Shown here piece after piece: positions 1 through 13,283 of a DNA stretch of 64,000 bases. Both the position numbers and the translations under genes were made by a program. Each line of letters starts with the position of its first letter. Position 1 is the stretch's first letter. Source of the stretch: Tubiluchus corallicola (Eukaryota > Animalia > Priapulida); the NCBI GenBank assembly GCA_030141605.1, contig JAQGDQ010002380.1, forward strand, positions 124,001-188,000. The letters are read 5' to 3'. The notes beneath the pieces are model-generated. The model was not told the DNA's origin and made no database searches. It saw only the letters and a program-made list of their open reading frames with translations.

Positions 1-366
1 ATGAATATGAAAGTACACACATTTTCCAAGTAAAATAAGAATTTTTTCTAAAACGTGACGCTCTTCGGACCTTTGGCGCCCTAGGCTTTAGCCTAGTTAG
101 CCTATTTGTTAATACGCCCATTATTGTATACAATGTCTGCGAGCAAACAAGAAAAGAACATTACGTTAAAATTGCAACCCAACATAAATCATCACAATTA
201 TTTTGCAACGTGAAAGACCTGCCTACTACACAAATACAAACTTTATCGTGAACTACATAAGTTATCAAAGCACGCAAGAAAAGCCTGCCACATTGATTCG
301 GAATTCAAGAGATGATTTCGTCTTAAATGAATTCTACAAAATTTATAATGTAATATTCTCTCAAGT

Positions 367-991
367 ATGGGCCATAATCGTAATGACATAGTAGCTAAAA
401 CTCTGATCAATACATATTGTCTACCCAATGTCTACCATACATATTTGTTATACGGATGCGAAATTGGGGGTATATCAGACAATGAAGTTAATGCCATTAG
501 GGTAAAATGGAACACTGCTTATAGAAAAATATTCGATTTTAGACAAAATGAAAGCGTCAAATTGTTAATGTATTTTTGTGGCGCATTGCCTGCGAGTTAT
601 TTAGTAGATAGTCGAAAATTAAACTTTGTGAGAAAAATTGTAAACTCCTGCACATTGAGAATTCCAAAGCCATGCTACTATGTAAATAACAGTCAAGTAA
701 CTTTAAGATTTAAACATGGTTGTACTGTAGCTCTAAATCCTAAACGAAAATGTAAAATTAAAGGTTAAGAACTCATTTAAAGATTATGTTTTAAGATATC
801 TATTATAGCTCCTTACAACACTGTATAATGTAATATAATTACAAGGGAACTACAATGTGTGGTTATTATAAAGTTGAATGTCTGTAGATATGTTATTTTA
901 CTAATATCGCATTACCTGTTTTACTAACATTTTTATCTTTGTGAGCTGTATATTTTTTATACGAAATAAACTCATAATAACAATAATAATT
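367..991 (+). mobile_element. 3' fragment of a non-LTR retrotransposon (LINE)
   Basis: ORF 367-768 has LINE ORF2 C-terminal features (LINTYCLP...LLYGCEI...WNTAYRKIF) and ends with AATAAA plus a (TAA)n-like tail at about 964-991. Confidence 0.65.
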
Positions 992-1191
992 GTAAGTTTC
1001 TGTGAAATAATAGTTAAGTTGAAAAGAATTTGGCAGTAGCTATTCACACACTTGCGGGGCAGGCGGGGCAGAGGACACAATCGATTACAGTGCCATGCCC
1101 ACAGTGGCTATTTTGGATGGCATCAAGAAAACTTAACACACAGTATTATAAGACATAATAATATTTACATTTCAGACTTGCACTGGCATTA

Positions 1192-4100
1192 TCATGCCAC
1201 GCAAGTTAGTTTATCAACAGTTTCACGACATTCTTCACATTTTACTTCGCAACACCATTCGAATTTACAATTGCAGCTTGTAAACAGTTGCAGGGTCTGT
1301 CGGCGAACTTTCAAACCGCAGTTTTTACACAAGGTTTTACAGCTTCGTCTCTCTGATTGTGAAATTTCTTTTCCCTTTCGTTTAGAGCAAAGCCTGCCCG
1401 CTGTTCCAACATGTCCTGTAATTCATTGAAAGCCACATAAATTTGTATTGTGAACTGATACACATTTGTCTTAAAAAAACCCAAGAATGCAGCGACAATA
1501 AGATCAAGATTAAGCTTATAGTTATGAGAACTTTTTTACCTATTCTAAATTTGACAGTACATGTTTACGTCATGATACTTTTATTAATTTAGCAAACTGA
1601 TAAATGTGCATCAGCGCTTGGTATTAAAAATAAAATTTATTATGTGAAGAAAGACTTTGTTCATCTAACTGGGCACCAAGTCAAAGGATGTAATAATCAT
1701 TATGCTATATATGGGTCGCAGAAACAGAGGCTTAAAAGTTTAGCACCAAAACGCCAAAAGATTGAGTTCAACTAACGAAACGGTTAAACATCTCGCATAA
1801 AAAAGCTAAACAAGAAACTTCATGACCCATTTGTTACTGTCAATGAAAAATGATAGGAATGCTTACAGAAAGCCGCGATTTTGTTTCAATATAAATATAT
1901 GCATAACCTGTATTCTGAGGATTACCCACATATCACAATACCGAAAGTAAAGTAAAGTAAAGTAAAGTAAAGTAAAGTAAAGTAAAGTAAAGTAAAGTAA
2001 AGTAAAGTAAAGTAAAGTAAAGTAAAGTAAAGTAAAGTAAAGTAAAGTAAAGTAAAGTAAAGTAAAGTAAAGTAAAGTAAAGTAAAGTAAAGTAAAGTAA
2101 AGTAAAGTAAAGTAAAGTAAAGTAAAGTAAAGTAAAGTAAAGTAAAGTAAAGTAAAGTAAAGTAAAGTAAAGTAAAGTAAAACAAAGTAAGGTAAAGCAA
2201 AGCAAAGTAAAGTAAGGCAAAGTAAAGTAAAGTAAAGTAAAGTAAAGTAAAGTACAGTAAAGTAAAGTAAAGTAAAGTAAAGTAAAGTAAAGTAAAGTAA
2301 AGTAAAGTAAAGTAAAGTAAAGTAAAGTAAAGTAAAGTAAAGTAAAGTAAAGTAAAGTAAAGTAAAGTAAAGTAAAGTAAAGTAAAAGTAAAGTAAAGTA
2401 AAGTAAAGTAAAGTAAAGTAAAGTAAAGTAAAGTAAAGTAAAGTAAAGTAAAGTAAAGTAAAGTAAAGTAAAGTAAAGTAAAGTAAAGTAAAGTAAAGTA
2501 AATTAATGTAAAGCAAAGCAAAGAAAAGCAAAGTAAAGTAAAGCAAAGCAAAGTAAAGTAACACAAAGTAAAGCAAAGCAAAGCAAAATACGGCAAAGTG
2601 AAGTAAAGAAAAGTAAATTAACTTTAAGCAAAATATGGCAAAGTAAAGTAAAGTAAAAATAATGCAAAACAAAGTAAAGCTAAGTATATTGTAAAGTTGT
2701 AAAGTTGAGTAAGGTAAGGTAAAGTTAGACAAAGAAAAATAAATTAAACATCGTACCGGACTTCATACCTTCTGTAATATTAGCTTTGCAATAGTCATGG
2801 GATGGTTCCAAATAGACGAGACTCCTCCTTTTTAGGGAAGGTATTTCTTCAATACGTCCTGTATTCATCAATTTCAATTCGCCGTTTTTATAGTCAACTT
2901 TCACCGCTTTCCAGTATCTCTTCTTCAAGTAATCGCCAACTTTCCGGAAATCGGACAACTGCAGCCAACATGTTTGCGTCGAACAACTTCCGGATACGCC
3001 GTGGCACTTGCAGGTTCGTTTTAGAGTATGGCGGACCGCCTGATAACAACAAATTTTGCTCTTTAATCTTGACCATAATCAATGCAAACAAATATTCTAG
3101 TAGACGTAAGTTAAAACATACTGCAAGAGCAATCTGTATTTCAATTTAGAGATAGCATGTACTTCTACGACCTTCGACACGTGATCAATTGTTTCTTTGG
3201 CTGTTGCTGCATTTGGCCGTTAGGCAACTTTTGCAATCGAGTTTTCTAGTTATTCAGTTTTGTAACAAATAAAAATAAAATTCAACAACAAACAACTTAA
3301 AAAATAAATTCAAGCCAGAAATTCAAAAAATATTATATTTATTAATCAAAGAGGCGTCACTTTAAAATACCTCATCTTTCTTACCAGTAGATAGCACCAC
3401 GTTATGCATATTACGCTATTACTAGCGCTGTTTACGTGGTAGAGTCCCCATCTACTAAAATCAGTGTTAAACTAAAAAAGTTAGTACGCCTTTAATTTCA
3501 ATTATTCATAATTTCTATTATTACACTTTGCGTTAAGTAGTGAAAATATTCAATTGTGCTTTACTATGTTAATATAAATAAAGGTGTTAAGTGAACTTAC
3601 TGCTCTCCCTGCTTTATTATTGTGCAGATTCATCAAAGCTGTTGCATCTTTCCCAGTTTCCAAAGCGTCTACGAACTGCTTACTTATTTGCTCTCCAAAT
3701 TTGACATTGTCACTGCACCCACCCCAAGTCCAGCCCGGAGCTGCTATAACAAAACAAAACACAAAGATGGCAGAAACAAAGTATTAAGAAACAAACTGCG
3801 AAGATATTTGACAGGTAGAATTTTCCATAGATGTAATTTCTAGGTGTCAACTAAACTAAACTAAACTAAACTAAACTAAACTAAACTAAACTAAACTAAA
3901 CTAAACTAAACTAAACTAAACTAAACTAAACTAAACTAAACTAAACTAAACTAAACTAAACTAAACTAAACTAAACTAAACTAAACTAAACTATACTATA
4001 CTAAATATGGAACTATATAATAAAACGCCTTTCAGAGCAAAAATGATCAGTCACGATGTGTTAATACCAAGAGACATCTATATCATACACCTATTCCGAG

Positions 4101-7007
4101 ATTTCAAAGACTATTCACTTCAGTTTACACGTCTTTTTGCACAGTTTCGCAACTTGGTAAGACGTCATCTCAAAACGAGTGTGGCGGGACCCGAACTATT
4201 CTCACTCATCATCAGGGATAAGCCTGTACGATGAGACAGTGACCCAGCAAAAATATTCAGTACGTACAATTGCATGCGCGTGTCTTCCTCGAGAAAAGAA
4301 ATGACTGAATATCGGCTGTCACCTCTCCATTAACTAACCAGATCTGGCGTTACTTAACCTTGCAGCTAAGCACGCACTGCCGGCCCTGTCTTATTTTCGG
4401 AAACATTACAACTTAAAATTCAGATGTAGTGTTTGTAGTTCTATTTCTAATGAAAGTGTGGTAACGGTGTTTTAGTAAATACAGGTGCGTCTCAAATAAT
4501 TGTCAAAAATATAAATACCTTGGCCTTTGCGCCTGTCATCACAACCGCAGTTTTCAAATTCTCCAGAACTACAGTTTCGGGTCAACGTGTACATAACTCC
4601 AGCTGAACTGATGGCATGAACAAATGAGGTTTCCCGTGTTGCTGAAAACATTGTTACTGTTTTAGCCGAATAGTCCTTTTTAAAATTATCTAGTGTAAAT
4701 GTAACGTGATCAAATGAGATGTAATACGGCAATTTCATATATAATAGCATCGACGACGATAACGATATGTGATGGTGGAGCTGCTGCTGCTGACGATGTT
4801 GATGATGGTGATGGTAGTGAAGAAAACGAAGGTGACATAATGATGATGATGATTATCCTATGTTGAAAATTGGTGTTTCATATTTGCAAGAGATTAAAAA
4901 TACTGAAAATGCTGAATGCTTATCTACAAAACACTTAATCAGGCCCTATGATGTAGTAATGTAATGTAATATAATGTAATGTAATGTAATGTAATGTAAT
5001 GCAATGCAATGCAATGCAATGCAATGCAATACAATACAACACAATGCAATACAACACAATACAATACAATACAATATAATATAACATAATATAACATAAT
5101 ATAACATAACATAGCATAACATAGCATAACATAACATAACATAACACAACACAACATAATATAATATAGTATAATATAATATTTTTACCTGCAGGAACAC
5201 TGTGAGAATAAAGGGGTAATGACGATCGAGGACAGTTCCATCTCTCCCAGGCAAACTGATGCTGGCACTCTTCCATCCCAATTTGTGCTCCTGCTGCCAC
5301 ACTCGCAGAAAACGTCAAATACGCCTGAAAACAAACGGACGAATGAAAACGAAAGAATGAGTGAACGAATGTATTATTGATTCTATGGACGAATGAACGA
5401 GTGACTGACTGACTGACTGAATGAATGAATGAACGAATGAACGAACGAACGAACGAATGAATGAATGAACGAACGAACGAATGAATGAATGATTGACTGA
5501 CTGAATGAATGAATGAATGAATGAATGAATGAATGAATGAATGAATGAATGAATGAATGAATGAATGAATGGAGTCGCCAAAAGAAAGAAAAAAGGAAAA
5601 GGAAAATAAAACCAATCAATCAGCTAGTAATCAGTCAATCAATTCATAGAAACATCGTTCAGCCTATAAAGCAGTACATTATTAGTCACACAAGCCACAA
5701 CCAACATTACAAGCTGCTACACAACGAGAAAGTCTTTTACTAACGTGAAATGATTGTGGCGGGAATGAAATCTCTTCAATATCAAAGATATTTTTTTAAA
5801 TGAGACACTGAATCAACAGGGGTGCCTTGGCCTTAATTGTGCATCCCCCTCAAAAGAAAAGAGCTACTGTAGCATGTGACAGTATACGGGAAATTAAAGT
5901 AATAAGAAGCAGATTTCCTGCCTGTTACTCATCAGGCTCGACGATGCTTAACTTCATAACTAGTCCTGCACCTTGACCATTTAGTTATTTTCTCGGTATA
6001 ATAGAACAAGTCAAAAATGAACACCAACGTTTTTCGTACAATTCCTCTGTGAAATCATATCTAACGCTTCGGTAGCTACGTCATTAATTAACTCATTCGA
6101 GGGTTAATAAGCCAAATTTGCCAGTCGGCTAAAACTCAATAGAGTTGCGGAAATTTTTGTTTGCTATTTGCACCTCGTCGTGTGGCAGGCGCCAATTACC
6201 TTATTGTTACACCATACTCGAACACGATTCGAAGTTATTAGCCTAATTCAGCTCCCCTGAAGTTACCGACAAGCGTGTCCAGACTTTGGCTGGTCGGATT
6301 TAGAGGCAGTGGTCAATAACTAGTATGGACCTAACAGGAGAAGCAAGCATTGCTACTTGTTGAGCAATGTATTTCCGACTTCCGGTGAAGGGGTTAATAA
6401 CATTTTTTGAAATAAATACTCCAACAAAGCTTGTAATCACACAGGAATAGATATTAATCTAAATTAAGTACAGCTTGGAATGTTGCTGTAAGAAAACTTT
6501 GGAATTTACTGTTTAGATCACACAAATACTGTCTTCCTTTTATATGTGATATCGTTCCGCCAGTTAAACAGTTACAGAAACCGTTTGTTAAATTTACCAT
6601 AGTTGTTTAAATAGTGAAAATCGCATAGCCAATTTTTTTACACACAATTCTCGATTTCATGGCTCTTGTAATGGGTTATAATTTGTTATCTATTTGTAAC
6701 GAGTACAAAACTTTTTACACAAATGAAAATTTTCTTTCTAAAGTTTTTTCCTGTACATGAGATGTAAAAAGTAATGTTAGCAAAGAACAAATACGGACTG
6801 TAAATTTCATTACCGAAGTTACTTGGGCTCTAGAACGTAATTGTTTTAATTTTCTGACAGGAATGAGTTGTACGCCATACTAGCATATCTTACTCTCACT
6901 TAACGGTATATATTCACATTGCTTACTATTCTTGTTGACTAATGTTATTTTGCTTGTTAATCTGTTTGTTTATTTTATGTGATTGTTCCACGAGTACGAA
7001 TGAAATG

Positions 7008-7080
<73 letters not shown>

Positions 7081-7121
7081 TGTGTGTGTGTATATATGTG
7101 TATATATATATATATATATAT

Positions 7122-7159
<38 letters not shown>

Positions 7160-10100
7160 CTGTTATCTAACACATAAGATTAACGTGAGAAAGAAAGCAC
7201 GTATAAGAAAGATTTAGTTTATTTAAGCTTGCTGTTTAAAAAATTAATAAAATCTTCATTAATGTTTGTTAGATTAGGTATGGCTGCACTTGATTTACCC
7301 TGCATGCTTATCAGGCTGTGCTTCACAAATAAATGTGACCAATTACAGAGCATACAGAATATTATGCCGCAGGAATATTGAGCTTCGCTTTTTATTTTAT
7401 ATCTATTTACTCAACTTTAAAATCTGACTACAAAACGTCCATAGAAATGTTTTTGTTACCTCTTTTACCTCTAAAATGCTCGTCGTTTGCAGTATCGGAA
7501 AACAAAAGTTCTGAATTCCTTGTTTTCTGTTTTATTTTCCCCTTTTTGGTGATAATTTTTAGTAATTCATTCCACAGCCTTTTCTAAGAATGTTGATTTA
7601 TTCTTAATCCGAATAGTATATCAAACTATCTAAAGAAACGCTAAGTACAAAATAAAGAAAATTACTTTTTTTACACAAAATGTACCATTATTTGTAGTAC
7701 TCACAACTGAACGTCTGCCTCTGTAAATACAAATTGCAGAAATTAACTAAAATCATTTTTGTATATTAATCGTTTCTTTAAATTTTTAATCATTTCAAAA
7801 GTGCACGAATTTCAGCTAAGCACTGATCTTTGATAACACATCGTACAGAAAAGTTTTGGCAAATGACAGATGGCACCCTATGAAAAAACGAAAAACCAAT
7901 ATGTATATAAAACTAGCAAGCAAGCGTAATGAAAGGTCTAATCATTTCATCTTTCAGTTATGCTCCAGAGATTGCTCAAAAGCCGTCCAATGAATTTGGA
8001 TAAAACGCACTCTGACGAAGAGAATAGTTTCAAGTTTAACAACAAACAGCAAATAAACCACTACTGCAAATTCGTGTTCAAGAACAGATCATATTTTTAC
8101 TTAGGAGACAATCAGAACAAGAAATAGCAATGGGGCCAAGAAATAACAAACAAAAACAAGAGCACGTTGAACAAGATCGCACAGGACTTAAAATCCCAAT
8201 ATCCTGGTCAATGTACTAAAGCTAGACTATGGACGGATGGCTGTATCATGTCCAAACAACAAACCATGAATACATACCGACGTTTAGAGATTATAGTGCA
8301 TCCGTATTGTCAAGGTATAATAGGTGATTAACAAGACAATACTTTCCTATCATTACATATTACACGCACCCAATGTGTTATGTTAAACATGATAATCTAC
8401 CGCGAGATAATCCAGAGCCTTGAGATTAGCTTAATAAAGGCATAATGCAGAGCAGACAGGTTATGCGGAGTCCATTCAGAATGGGATGGCTTACTGGTTT
8501 AAATGGAGTGTTTTCATCTTACTTGTGATCCAGTTTATACGGTTGCAATAGGGCACAAAAAGGAACAAATTTTCCCACGAGAATATTTTTGCAAGGAAGT
8601 CTTTCGGGAAAAATTGGCGGTGACTTTCAGCCCGTCTTAAAAATTAGTGCATCACCAAATCATATATTAATAAATATAATAATTAAAAAAGGTATGCCTA
8701 TGTAAAATTAACTGGGTCAAATATAGTATAATTCTCATACTTTAAAAGAAGACAGAATGATTTTTCATATTCAAGTACGGTAAAAGTATACATTTTAACA
8801 CAAATAATACTGCAACAGCGTTTCTGATAATTATATAATACATTAAAATCTTAATTAACAACGGGCGAGCCCAACTGTTGATTACATAAAAAACTAACGT
8901 AATTTTCAACAGCAAATACATTCCACATGAATGGAGTGTTTTCATCTTACTTGTGATCCAGTTTATACGGTTGCAATAGGGCACAAAAAGGAACAAATTT
9001 TCCCACGAGAATATTTTTGCAAGGAAGTCTTTCGGGAAAAATTGGCGGTGACTTTCAGCCCGTCTTAAAAATTAGTGCATCACCAAATCATATATTAATA
9101 AATATAATAATTAAAAAAGGTATGCCTATGTAAAATTAACTGGGTCAAATATAGTATAATTCTCATACTTTAAAAGAAGACAGAATGATTTTTCATATTC
9201 AAGTACGGTAAAAGTATACATTTTAACACAAATAATACTGCAACAGCGTTTCTGATAATTATATAATACATTAAAATCTTAATTAACAACGGGCGAGCCC
9301 AACTGTTGATTACATAAAAAACTAACGTAATTTTCAACAGCAAATACATTCCACATGTTGTACGTGTTTGTAAAAGGGAAAATTGAAGTACGGTACTTCT
9401 GTATGAGATTCAGTGTGTTGTATTAAAACTCGGCAAGTTTTAAGATAAAAAAAAGTTCAAATTTCAAGTTTACCGCTGCACTCATGCATGAGCTATCGAA
9501 CGTGTGTAGTTCGTCACAAACTAACACATCTGAACTGAGAAGTACAGGCGCTATTGCCCGTATAACTAGCGTATAGTGAAATGCATGTAACAGCGAAGAA
9601 CTAGTGTCAAGAACGTGAAATTGTGTTTGTGTGGTAATAATTCTTTCACGTAAGTCATTTTTGAAAAAAAGTACGTTTCCTTTCAACATTTTAAAGACTG
9701 TATTGTTTTGACTTAAAGTTTAAGATTGGATACGGTTTTGCTTTAAATTCTCTTTCATTTTTATGATTAATACGAAAAATTTTTGAACACTAATAATGCT
9801 TAACATTTTATTTTACGTTAAAAATATGCCTTCAGTAGATGTGCATTGTGCAAACTTTATAACACATCATAAAGGGGAACAAACGAACAAAACAAAAATC
9901 GCTAGTCTGAACAGTGAACGCCAAATCTGCATTCAGAAGGTACAACAGGCCATACTAGCTAACCTGAGTAAAATCTTAAAAGAATTTTTCCATACATTCA
10001 ACATTTTCCAATTATAATTTAATTGACGTATATATACGCTGCAATTTTATATACAGATTTTTTATATTAATAATTCGTATAAACTTTATTTAAAAGTTTC

Positions 10101-12297
10101 TAACTCGCAATTGTAGTGGCTTTTATGTTAACTAAACTTGCATGTTTTGTATTTGTAAAAAACGCACAAATTTCTCACCTTGGGACCAGTCATCAGGAAA
10201 TTGTTCACCGTCCTAAAAATAAAAACAAATAGATTATTTGTTTTAGGTGTAAATTATTTGCGCATTTCTTGTGTTAAAAATGTCGTGTTAGCTAGTATGC
10301 ATGACATTGAATTGAATAGAATTTGTTGACTAACAGAGATAAAGTATATTAACAATACATCACATACAAAGTTGTAAAGAGTTAGTCCTAATTAATAGCG
10401 GTAACGATGAGTCTAAATGGTCAGTCACACGGATAAAAACACAGGCTTACAATGAACGAAGTGATTACAACAAAATCATGTCAGATAGTTAAAAATATAA
10501 AAAGTTTAACAAATATAACACTCAATTAAAGAACTCAATTGAAGAACAAAATTTATAAGACTTATTTGTAGACAACTGTAGCATCAAATGATATAAGAAC
10601 AGATTGAAGCTGTCATGTGGATACTCGATTGCTGGATACTGGATCGCCTAATATTGTTACGCATATCATGATGCTATAAACGTTATTAATATATTATATC
10701 AACTGCTATAGCTAAACTACGTTTACGTTTTTCTTATGCTTTAAAAACGAATATTCTGGGGAGGAAGTATCCAAAATCTGCGCTATAATTTAAAAAAAAA
10801 TAACTCGAAGGTTTTGCGTACTGCTAGGGCAAAGTAAACGGTTTTAAAGTCGTACTTGTTGTTTGTTAAAATGCTTCTCATAACAATAAATAATAATTAT
10901 AACTTAGAACGCCAATTATAAATTAATTGCTATTAGTACGGCAGTATCTAAAGTTTGCATACGAGATGAATTTTATTTAACTGATAAAATGTACAACCAG
11001 GGAAGAAAACTTAGCCTATTTAAATGGTGAAAAAAAATTCTCAATTTCGTTAACTTTTCAGTTATTTCGATTTTATAATGGTAAAAAATTTCGAATTATT
11101 TGAGCAAATTTCAAACCAATTCTTTGATCTGCTTTGTTTCACATGTTCTTTTATTTTAGGAAATTTAACTACGCCTTTTTGTAATTGTCATAGTGTAAAA
11201 TGTGGTGATATTCATAATCAAAATTCTACATTTATTCTAGATTTACCCACAGTTGTATTCATTAATCAAAGAGGTTACTAATGTCACTGTGTTTGTACCG
11301 ACTAATGACTTTTACCGAGTAAATATAAAGTTTGGTACTTTGGTGAATTTATCTGCCAACCTTGCTTTTTAAGACTTACTAAATACATCACAATAAGTTT
11401 ATGAAAATGTATGACGGCTTTGGCTTACCTGCACGCACGAATGTTAATTAGGCTGTTTATATAAATATGGCCAATTAGAGATCATACAGGACTATATTCC
11501 AAGAATATCGAGGTTTGGTTTTTATTTTATATCCGTTTACTTAACCTAATTTTGTCTATGAAACGTCAATAGAAACGTTTTCGTCATCACTTTTAGCCCT
11601 TTGACAAAATCCGCGTCATTTGCAATATTGAAAGTCTAAGTCTATATGCAATATGCAATAGTTTAAGTGACAAGAACTTTTTCTTTTTTTCTCGTTTCAT
11701 TATTTTATTGATGAAATAACTAATAGTTGGTTTCACAATTTTTTCTCCTATAGTTATTTTATTCTTAATAAAATAAATCCAAATTGTATATCAAAATTAG
11801 GTTGTAAAAATACGCGGGAGTACAAATACTCAAGTTGTAAATCGAACGTACAAAATAAAGAAAATTATTTGACTGTTTATATAATTATTTATATCAGTCA
11901 AAAGTCAACATATGCAAGCTTCGCACTGTAAACGCAAATTACAAAACCTGACTGAAATTAATTTCGTGTATTAATCTTTTCTTAAATTGTAAAAATAACA
12001 TTTAATTTTAAATAATCTAATTACTATTTTCCTACCAATAATAATAAATGTCGAAAAGCGAATATCTTTGGGATTAACGAATTAATCACCTAGAAAACTA
12101 AACATTATTACACAATGAAGCAAATTTTTATATATGTACGAAGACAGGTGTATAAACATTTTCGCACAAACGCCCTTTTAAAATATTTAAAAAACTAGTA
12201 GAGTGACAAAAACTTACCATGAATACGCACTCAAACTACAAAAAGATATTAAAAGCAGCGTTTCATGCAACACTTTTAAGTGTCGATATTTGCACAT
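1192..12297 (-). CDS. wnt8: Wnt8 signalling ligand, complete spliced gene (7 coding exons, 336 aa)
   Basis: Exons on - strand, all GT-AG and phase-compatible: 12297-12218 ([26 protein letters not shown], signal peptide), 10212-10179 ([12 protein letters not shown]), 5324-5189 ([32 protein letters not shown]...), 4641-4519 ([35 protein letters not shown]), 3743-3601 ([14 protein letters not shown]...[11 protein letters not shown]), 3039-2769 ([28 protein letters not shown]...), 1415-1192 (...[16 protein letters not shown]...LTCVA*). Total 1011 nt. [15 protein letters not shown] is a Wnt8-subfamily N-terminal signature, and the lipidated Ser motif [10 protein letters not shown] is intact. Confidence 0.96.
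1944..2722. repeat. (AAAGT)n pentanucleotide microsatellite with degenerate right flank
   Basis: Seen directly; in the last Wnt8 intron. Confidence 0.97.
3851..4004. repeat. (CTAAA)n microsatellite
   Basis: Seen directly. Confidence 0.97.
4957..5181. repeat. Compound pentamer microsatellite (AATGT/AATGC/AATAC/AACAT)
   Basis: Seen directly. Confidence 0.93.
5340..5570. repeat. (GAAT/GAAC/GACT)n tetramer microsatellite
   Basis: Seen directly. Confidence 0.93.
7008..7157. repeat. (TA)n/(TG)n compound microsatellite
   Basis: Seen directly. Confidence 0.95.
8502..9357. repeat. Direct tandem duplication, 2 x 428 bp
   Basis: 8502-8929 and 8930-9357 look identical by eye (start AATGGAGTGTTTTCATCTT, end AATACATTCCACATG). 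Confidence 0.95.
9168..9750 (+). repeat. Dispersed repeat, homologous to 57140-57695
   Basis: Shared blocks include TACATTTTAACACA.ATAATACTGCAA.AGCGTTTCTGATAATT and GAACGTGTGTAGTTCGTCACAAACTAACACATCTGAACTGAGA. Confidence 0.85.
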
Positions 12298-12454
12298 CGT
12301 AATTGTTCACAGATAATTAACTTCGTTTTTCTGTAAATATTTTTTAACAAATTGATATTATCTTCTTCTGCTAATTAATCAACTTGATATCAGTTGTTTC
12401 TTTCACCTGATAAGAATCAACATGCAATTTATCACCTACTGACACCCAACTTAC

Positions 12455-12690
12455 CTGGACCAGAAGGAGGAGTCAGATACCTTCTTAACCAATCACGTCC
12501 TGGCGGCATTGATTAGAACAAAGGCAACACCTATCAATAACAAAAATAGCTGACGCCGATTCCATAAAGGCACGCTTTCAACTCACAGGTACGGCAGGTA
12601 AGTTGTTTTTGTATTGTTCCAGCAAAGAGCATCCTTTCCCTTTTTGACCGTATGGGTCTTTTGTCGGAATCTCGGCACCTTTGATGTTTA
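12455..12690 (-). promoter_or_regulatory. Putative Wnt8 promoter / non-coding first exon region
   Basis: A - strand donor CAG/GTAAGT at 12455 pairs with an acceptor (tttacag, about 12331) just upstream of the ATG exon. Nearby are a CCAAT box (about 12490), AACAAAG (Sox-like, about 12518) and CCTTTGATG (TCF/LEF consensus, 12678-12686). Motif inference only. Confidence 0.4.
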
Positions 12691-13283
12691 CTTTATTATA
12701 TATACCTGTACTATATGCTCACCATATTTTTGTCTCTTACGTAAAAAAATGGCCGTGTGTCATAGTCAGCTTTTGATATGATCAGAGCCACTGTTTATTA
12801 AATTTCTTATTGTAGTAATTATGTAGGCCTAAATGTAGCTTTGGTGGATTTTGATTTTAACTCTTATATTATACGTGATTACGTGCCTCAGTTACCCATT
12901 GTTAGTGTAGTTAAATATGTGGGCATTCAACTTAACACAAAATCTTGCAGAGTAAATTTGTTAAAGTTCAAATATTTGTTTTATAATCCAGGTATAGTCA
13001 TTTGAATTCGATTATAAATCACTTACAAATTAATAAATTTTAAAAATTAAACTTGACTGAAAGGCAGAAAATGTGAAAAAGTCGAGATTGAGATTAGACT
13101 TATGCTTAAGCGTTACACCAGGCAATCCTTAGGAACGTAGCAGATTTTAAATAATTATTAATGGCTCATAAGTTAATTATTAGTATTTAATCAATTACAC
13201 ATTGAATTAGTCTCTTAAAGTTCACGTGTTTAGTAGTTGCTAAACTAATAGAATTAAACTAAGGCCTATCATGATCACAAGAA

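Noticed and set aside
1863-2732. Long LLYFT-repeat ORFs (289, 224 and 95 aa)
   Set aside because: Translations of the (AAAGT)n microsatellite inside a Wnt8 intron.
1052-3149. Plus-strand ORFs 1052-1429 and 2802-3149
   Set aside because: Antisense shadows of Wnt8 exons.
5910-5940. CTGATGA...GAAA motifs as hammerhead ribozymes (also near 14362 and 21308)
   Set aside because: No consistent stem II/III pairing could be built.
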